Part shown: piece after piece, positions 44,336 through 49,257 of the stretch
How the letters are laid out: every line of letters begins with the position of its first letter
Position numbering within the stretch: the stretch's first letter is position 1
Assembly: GCA_002737625.1 (NCBI GenBank)
Contig: NSIB01000002.1
Coordinates: forward strand, 1-49,257
Length of the DNA: 49,257 bases
Direction of reading: 5' to 3'
From: Flavobacteriales bacterium
GTDB taxonomy: Bacteria > Bacteroidota > Bacteroidia > NS11-12g > UBA955
Program-made: the position numbers and the translations under genes
The notes under the pieces: generated by a model
What the model saw: only the letters and a program-made list of their open reading frames with translations
Databases searched by the model: none
Told to the model about the DNA's origin: nothing

Positions 44336-45526
44336 TTACATTTTATCCAATATTTGCAAAATTGACGTACAAGCAAATTGAATTTCTTGATTTGTGATGG
44401 TTAATGGAGGGCAAATTCTGAGGCAATGGGGTGCATAAAGGAACCAATCTGCGAAGAGATTCTGATCTAGCATTTGTTGTATGCATGCATTTACGATATC
44501 GAATGAATCAAGTTCCACCGCTAGCAGCAAACCCTTGCCATGAACTTGCTTAATTTTGGGATGAATGAGCAATTCCTTAAAGAGGTTGGATTTTAACGAC
44601 ACGGTATCCATCAATTTTTCTTCAAGTAGGACATTGAATGCGGCGTGGCCTGCTGCGCAGGCCACTGGATGTCCGCCAAAGGTTGTAATATGTCCAAGAA
44701 TTGGATAATTTGAAAGAGTATTCATGATGGGGCGCGAGGCGAGGAATGCCCCCATGGGCATTCCTCCGCCGAGCGCCTTCCCTAAAACCAATACATCGGG
44801 GATAACCCCGTATTGCTGAAATGAAAACAACGAACCCGTCCTTCCAAAACCCGTTTGTATTTCATCAAAGATTAACAAAGCACAATGCTCAGTGCACTTT
44901 TGTCTTAACGCCTGCAGATAGTCAACATTGGCTATTTGAGCGCCTCTTTCCGCTTGAATTGTTTCAACCACAACGCCAGCTATTTTATCCCATGGCAATG
45001 AACCCAACGCCAAAATCTTGTTTTGTTCAACAAAATGTACTGAAGGCAATAAGGGCCTGAATGCTTGGGAATAATATTCATTACTCATCAAACTCAATGG
45101 TCCCTGTGTACTTCCATGGTATGCGTTTGTTTGTGCAACAAAATCCGTTTTCCCTGTTACACGCTTGGCGAGTTTCATTGCCCCGTCTATGGCTTCTGCA
45201 CCTGAGTTTACGAAATAGCAGCACGATAAAGATTCCGGTAAGTGAGATGACAAAGCTGCCGCATACATACTTTGGGGTGTTTGCACAGTTTCTCCATACA
45301 CCATTACGTGCATAAAAGCTTGGGCTTGTTTAACGACCGCCCTTACAACCGAAGGATGTTGATGCCCAATATTGCAAACGGAAATACCAGCAATCAAATC
45401 AAGGTATTCCTTGCCGGCGTCATCGTAGATATAATTCCCCTGCGCTCTTACCACATGCAAAGCCAAGGGATTTGGGCTGGTTTGCGCCTGGTGAAGTAAA
45501 AATGCTTTTCGCGGATGAATATGCAT
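44336..45526 (-). CDS. Class III PLP-dependent aminotransferase (acetylornithine/ornithine aminotransferase-like)
   Basis: NSGAEA, DEIQTGFGRTG and the PLP-Lys context VLGKALGGGMP. Confidence 0.82.
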   Translation of the reverse strand: MHIHPRKAFLLHQAQTSPNPLALHVVRAQGNYIYDDAGKEYLDLIAGISVCNIGHQHPSVVRAVVKQAQAFMHVMVYGETVQTPQSMYAAALSSHLPESLSCCYFVNSGAEAIDGAMKLAKRVTGKTDFVAQTNAYHGSTQGPLSLMSNEYYSQAFRPLLPSVHFVEQNKILALGSLPWDKIAGVVVETIQAERGAQIANVDYLQALRQKCTEHCALLIFDEIQTGFGRTGSLFSFQQYGVIPDVLVLGKALGGGMPMGAFLASRPIMNTLSNYPILGHITTFGGHPVACAAGHAAFNVLLEEKLMDTVSLKSNLFKELLIHPKIKQVHGKGLLLAVELDSFDIVNACIQQMLDQNLFADWFLYAPHCLRICPPLTITNQEIQFACTSILQILDKM

Positions 45527-45567
45527 GCTACAAAGTTATAAGAGTTTTAGCGCTCCGTTGGCTTATA

Positions 45568-45608
45568 AAAAAAGAAAGCCCCCGCCAAGGCGGGGGCTTT
45601 CTTTTTTT
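45568..45608 (-). terminator. Strong intrinsic terminator downstream of the HU gene
   Basis: aaagaaagcccccgcc-aa-ggcgggggctttcttt, a GC-rich perfect stem flanked by A and T runs. Confidence 0.85.
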
Positions 45609-45621
45609 AAAGTAATTCTAA

Positions 45622-45891
45622 TTAGATGTTAGCATTCAAATCAGCACCTGCTTTAAATTTCGCAACTTTTTTCGCAGCGATTTTAATTTCAGCACCAGTT
45701 TGTGGGTTACGTCCTGTACGAGCGTTACGGCTGCTTACAGAAAAAGTTCCGAATCCTACCAAGATTACTTTGTCACCTTTTTTCAAGGCTTCAGCAGTGG
45801 CAGATGTGAAGCTGTTCAATGCAGAAGCAGCTTGAGCTTTGGTAATGCCAGCTTCGCTAGCGATTCTTCCAATTAAATCTGATTTGTTCAT
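45622..45891 (-). CDS. hup: HU family DNA-binding protein
   Basis: MNKSDLI..IA...G.TKAQA...GFGTF....R.AR.GRNPQTG..I.I, the canonical HU sequence. 89 aa. Confidence 0.95.
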   Translation of the reverse strand: MNKSDLIGRIASEAGITKAQAASALNSFTSATAEALKKGDKVILVGFGTFSVSSRNARTGRNPQTGAEIKIAAKKVAKFKAGADLNANI

Positions 45892-45922
45892 TTGTATATA
45901 ATTTTAGTTTTTATTAACGTCC

Positions 45923-45930
45923 CAAAAGTA
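45923..45930 (-). promoter_or_regulatory. Candidate -7 promoter box TACTTTTG for the HU gene, with a TTG 19 nt upstream
   Basis: The minus strand reads cTTGacaaactaaatcccttgttTACTTTTG, 31 nt upstream of the ATG. Confidence 0.5.
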
Positions 45931-46025
45931 AACAAGGGATTTAGTTTGTCAAGTGCAGTGAATACTCATGTACAATGAACTTTTACACGAGAAATTAACA
46001 ATTTGAAAAAAACAAGAGTGCAATT

Positions 46026-46535
46026 TTACGCAATCATTTGATTTACAACACGATACAACAAATCACTTGGCTCGCTTCTATTCCAAACTATTTTGGCAGA
46101 ACTATAGTAAATACTACGATTTTCTGCAATTTGTGATAATTTATTCAGTATTTCCGACTCATTTTCCCCAGAAAACATAGGGCGTTGGGCCAATTCAGCA
46201 CCGATGCGAGCCACCAAAACCTCTAAAGAAGTGTTCAAAAAAAGCGTAAGGCCATGCATTTTCATCCAATCCATATTGCCATGATACGCTGCCGTACCAC
46301 CTCCACTACCAACAACTATATTATTAAATCGAAGGGTGTCGCGCAAACACTTTGCCTCAATTTCTCTAAAAAAATCCTCCCCGTGGGTTTCAAAAATACC
46401 AGACACAGACAATCCCATTTCAGATTCAATCATCTCATCTAAATCCACAAATGTCCAACCCAATTTGTTGGCCAACCATTTTGCGGTTGTCGTTTTTCCT
46501 GATGCAGGCAATCCAACTAAGTAAAGTTTATTCAT
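46026..46535 (-). CDS. aroK: Shikimate kinase
   Basis: ORF to 46601; the ATG at 46535 gives MNKLYLVGLPASGKTT (Walker A at the N-terminus). Also FVDLDE, FRE.E and VVGSGGG motifs. Confidence 0.88.
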   Translation of the reverse strand: MNKLYLVGLPASGKTTTAKWLANKLGWTFVDLDEMIESEMGLSVSGIFETHGEDFFREIEAKCLRDTLRFNNIVVGSGGGTAAYHGNMDWMKMHGLTLFLNTSLEVLVARIGAELAQRPMFSGENESEILNKLSQIAENRSIYYSSAKIVWNRSEPSDLLYRVVNQMIA

Positions 46536-47577
46536 ATCTAACGCGAGGATCAATCCAAACATACAACAGTTCTGTAATTGTATGCAGAATAAAAAATACA
46601 CACGCTGTGAATAAAACCGCCCCCATCACCACTGGAAAGTCTGATTGCTGCAGTGCTTCAATCGTCACCTTACCCAATCCCCGCCATTGAAAAATATATT
46701 CAGTAAAAAACGATCCGGCTAACAAACTACTAAACCACCCGCCAACACTGGTGATCAAAGGATTTAACGCATTTGGCAATGCATGTTTCCATGTGGCTTG
46801 CCATGTTGAAAGTCCTTTCGCCTTAGCCGACCGTACAAAATCTTGGGCAAGCATCTCAACCATGGTATTTCTTGTGAGTTGGATAAAAACTGCCAAAGGC
46901 CTAATCCCCAAAGCCAAGGCAGGCAAAACCATATTGGACCACATCAGTGTGCGATTTTCCCCCATTTCGTCTATTTCCCACAAACTACCCGTCATCGGCA
47001 AACCAGTATATTCATGCCACACAAATCCAAACAGCCAAGAAAACAACATCGCAGAGAAAAAACTGGGCATAGAAATCCCCACCGCTGAGGACCCTACAAT
47101 TAAATGATCGTCCCATTTCCCCTGTCGCATCGCCGCCCAAACCCCCAATGGGATACCCATGGCCAATGCTAATAACATAGCAGCTATCGCCAAGACCATT
47201 GTCCCAATAAACGCCTGAAACAACATACCGCCCACGGGTTGCTTGCTTTGAAAGGATGTCCTCAAATACGGCAACTTTATCCAACATTGGGTTTTGCCAT
47301 CGTTCAATCCAAAACCTGTAAGCAAAGACAATTTCTTTGAGCTACTATCATAAAGTGAAATGGGCGACAAATCATTGATATAATATAAAGCTTGTTTACC
47401 CAAAGGCTCATCCAAACCCAATTCGGCAACAATCGCAGCCTTTGTCTTCGCATCTGCCCTTTGCGAAGTAAGCATCTCTTCTGCATTGGGCATCGCTTGA
47501 AACAACACAAAGATGAACAAGACCAATCCCAAAAGCACTGAAAACAAAAAAGCGACTTTCTTAGAGATAGATTTCAT
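46528..47577 (-). CDS. ABC transporter permease, DppB/OppB-type (binding-protein-dependent family)
   Basis: Six TM-like segments. EAA-like loop region MVEMLAQDFVRSAKAKGLS. C-terminus LLYVWIDPRVRYE is typical of OppB/DppB. Confidence 0.8.
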   Translation of the reverse strand: MKSISKKVAFLFSVLLGLVLFIFVLFQAMPNAEEMLTSQRADAKTKAAIVAELGLDEPLGKQALYYINDLSPISLYDSSSKKLSLLTGFGLNDGKTQCWIKLPYLRTSFQSKQPVGGMLFQAFIGTMVLAIAAMLLALAMGIPLGVWAAMRQGKWDDHLIVGSSAVGISMPSFFSAMLFSWLFGFVWHEYTGLPMTGSLWEIDEMGENRTLMWSNMVLPALALGIRPLAVFIQLTRNTMVEMLAQDFVRSAKAKGLSTWQATWKHALPNALNPLITSVGGWFSSLLAGSFFTEYIFQWRGLGKVTIEALQQSDFPVVMGAVLFTACVFFILHTITELLYVWIDPRVRYE

Positions 47578-47658
47578 GTGTGTCTTCCGATTTTAACCCG
47601 TAACAATTATTCCATTAAGTATTCTTCCCTCTCTCAGGGTTAGAATTTCGGAAAATCG

Positions 47659-49257
47659 TTACTTCTGGCTTTCCAATTTTTCTACTTCTTGCATCAATTC
47701 CTCAATATCCTCAACCTCTGGCAAATCCCGTCCGCTCCACTTACCCAAGATTTGAGCGCCTTTTAAGAAGAAGACCGTTGGATTGTACCTAGCCATCGTC
47801 ATTAGCATCTTTTGATCGGCCGAATAAAACGTCACAGGCAACTTATTTGCTTTTGCAAACTCTCCCGCAGGTTGATCCGATGATGCCGTTAAGGGATAAA
47901 TCCTCACCCCATTAGCATTTCCCCACGTAAACAAGGCACGCAAATCATCCATTCCTCCAGTGTAGGCTTGATCGATGTAGGGAGCGACATACACCAGTTG
48001 ATACCCTTCGGCATTTAAGAACGAATCTTTCATGTCGGCACCGGTCTGATTGTTGTTGATGGCAAAATCGTGAATGGGCGACTTATATCCTTCGATTACC
48101 AATTTCTTCCGTTGAGATTTGGTGGCATCAAATTGATACCCCTCTCCCATTTTGGCTTCAAATTCGGCGGTGGTGCAAGTAATAGAATCGGTCCCCCCTT
48201 GCTTGTTCGGTTTATACAAAACCCAAGTAATTTCGATGCTATCGCTGCTCCTCTCTCCTTCTGGAAAAAAGGTCATTACTGTTTTGATGTTGTTTCCAAT
48301 TTTATAGGGCAAGAAGTCCCAAATGGGTAAATACATGTAACAATAAACGCCAAAGGCCAATGTCAAAACGCTCAATACACCCATTAATTTCACACCAAAG
48401 GGCTTAGAGAACCAAGGCACATTGTGTTTCATTCCGGCGATCATTGTCAAAATCAATCCGCTCAAAACCAAATCCTTAAAGAATGAATGCCAAGGTTTCA
48501 ACTTTAAGAAATCACCAAAACATCCGCAGTCTGTCACCTTGTTGAAGTAGGCGCTATAACCGGTGAGGAAGGTAAAGAACAATATCAACGCAGCAGTGAT
48601 TGCCACTGTTAAACGGATATTCCATCCAATCAACATTGCAAGGCCCAGCAATACTTCCAAGGCGCAGAAGAAAACGCTCAAATACAAATTGTAGTCTTTA
48701 GACCATTTAAAGAAATCAAATAGCGAACCATTGGGCTTTGCGAAAGCTGCAACATTAACTGCCGCACTTTCAGAAACGGAAATATCTTCCCATGTCAAAG
48801 GTTCCGCATTAGAAGAGTCGCCACTTGGCATTCCGACCATCGGTGCTGGGAACGATATATGTCCGACATTTTTAAGGGTACTTAGCTTTCCAACCGGTGG
48901 CAGTTCTTGTCCGGGAGTAAGTGCCACAAATTCAAATTCATACGATTTAGGCATGGGCGAAATCACATCCAAGGTAGTTTCCGCAACGGATGATCCACCC
49001 CAACTGCATCGAACATTAATTTTTGGCAAAACGGCTGTCCCATCGCCCCCGTCAAGAACACCTTGGGCTTCTACAACCATCTCTTTTTCGTTATCAAAAC
49101 TGTATAACACCGTTTTTTGGTCGATGAGTTTCTGTCCTTGAGAAAACACTACCAATCGCATAGAGTCCTGCGGCGTAGCAAGATCTTGGGCAAAAACATC
49201 AAAATATTCATTGAGTTTGATCCCAAAACCGCTAGGGTCGTTCAATTTCACTATCCC
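47659..49257 (-). CDS. DoxX/MauE-like membrane protein fused to a C-terminal thioredoxin-fold domain lacking CxxC (5' end outside window)
   Basis: The in-window N-terminus KLNDPSGFGIKLNEYFDVF looks like the end of the first DoxX helix, so the true start lies beyond 49257. TM helices carry a DCGCFGDF motif. The C-terminal ~170 aa is redoxin-like without a Cys pair. Confidence 0.7.
   Translation of the reverse strand, partial: GIVKLNDPSGFGIKLNEYFDVFAQDLATPQDSMRLVVFSQGQKLIDQKTVLYSFDNEKEMVVEAQGVLDGGDGTAVLPKINVRCSWGGSSVAETTLDVISPMPKSYEFEFVALTPGQELPPVGKLSTLKNVGHISFPAPMVGMPSGDSSNAEPLTWEDISVSESAAVNVAAFAKPNGSLFDFFKWSKDYNLYLSVFFCALEVLLGLAMLIGWNIRLTVAITAALILFFTFLTGYSAYFNKVTDCGCFGDFLKLKPWHSFFKDLVLSGLILTMIAGMKHNVPWFSKPFGVKLMGVLSVLTLAFGVYCYMYLPIWDFLPYKIGNNIKTVMTFFPEGERSSDSIEITWVLYKPNKQGGTDSITCTTAEFEAKMGEGYQFDATKSQRKKLVIEGYKSPIHDFAINNNQTGADMKDSFLNAEGYQLVYVAPYIDQAYTGGMDDLRALFTWGNANGVRIYPLTASSDQPAGEFAKANKLPVTFYSADQKMLMTMARYNPTVFFLKGAQILGKWSGRDLPEVEDIEELMQEVEKLESQK

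Noticed and set aside
1-49257. Window-wide scan by eye for CRISPR repeats, IS elements or inverted terminal repeats, retron or DGR components, prophage genes and rRNA
   Set aside because: I found none. The intergenic regions are short (mostly under 200 bp) and are accounted for by promoters, terminators and the palindromes listed above.

Overview
This is a 49.3-kb, gene-dense chromosomal segment that reads as Bacteroidota, probably Flavobacteriia-like. Four proteins end in T9SS C-terminal sorting domains, start codons lack Shine-Dalgarno sequences, and several genes sit behind the Bacteroidota TAnnTTTG -7 promoter box. I call 42 protein genes (one truncated at the right edge) and one tRNA-Leu(UAG). 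All product calls come from motifs I recognise by eye; no database search was run.

Most of the content is housekeeping: GT2, rnhB, dinB, tig-clpP-clpX, ilvE, mpl, etfBA, pruA, an alkaline phosphatase, kdsB, holA, HU and aroK. There is also a TetR-paaABCD oxygenase operon. Secreted or surface proteins include a 1584-aa type-B T9SS adhesin, an S8 protease, a BNR propeller and a CBM-like tandem-module protein.

I found no CRISPR array, transposase, integrase, reverse transcriptase, restriction-modification set, toxin-antitoxin pair, rRNA or island boundary. I therefore do not think the window holds a clear-cut novel defence or mobile system.

The loci most worth a second look are:
1. An apparently exported NagZ(GH3)-serine-hydrolase fusion lying between an ECF sigma module and mpl.
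2. The ECF sigma partner protein, which has an inner-membrane anchor and a C-terminal region resembling an outer-membrane beta-barrel.
3. A stand-alone TetR-paaABCD module without paaE or the rest of the phenylacetate pathway, with an inverted-repeat operator inside its promoter.
4. A DoxX/MauE-thioredoxin-fold membrane protein with a roughly 165-aa insertion in its first loop.
5. Orphan proteins of 762 aa and 176 aa.

All of these are hypotheses of modest strength.
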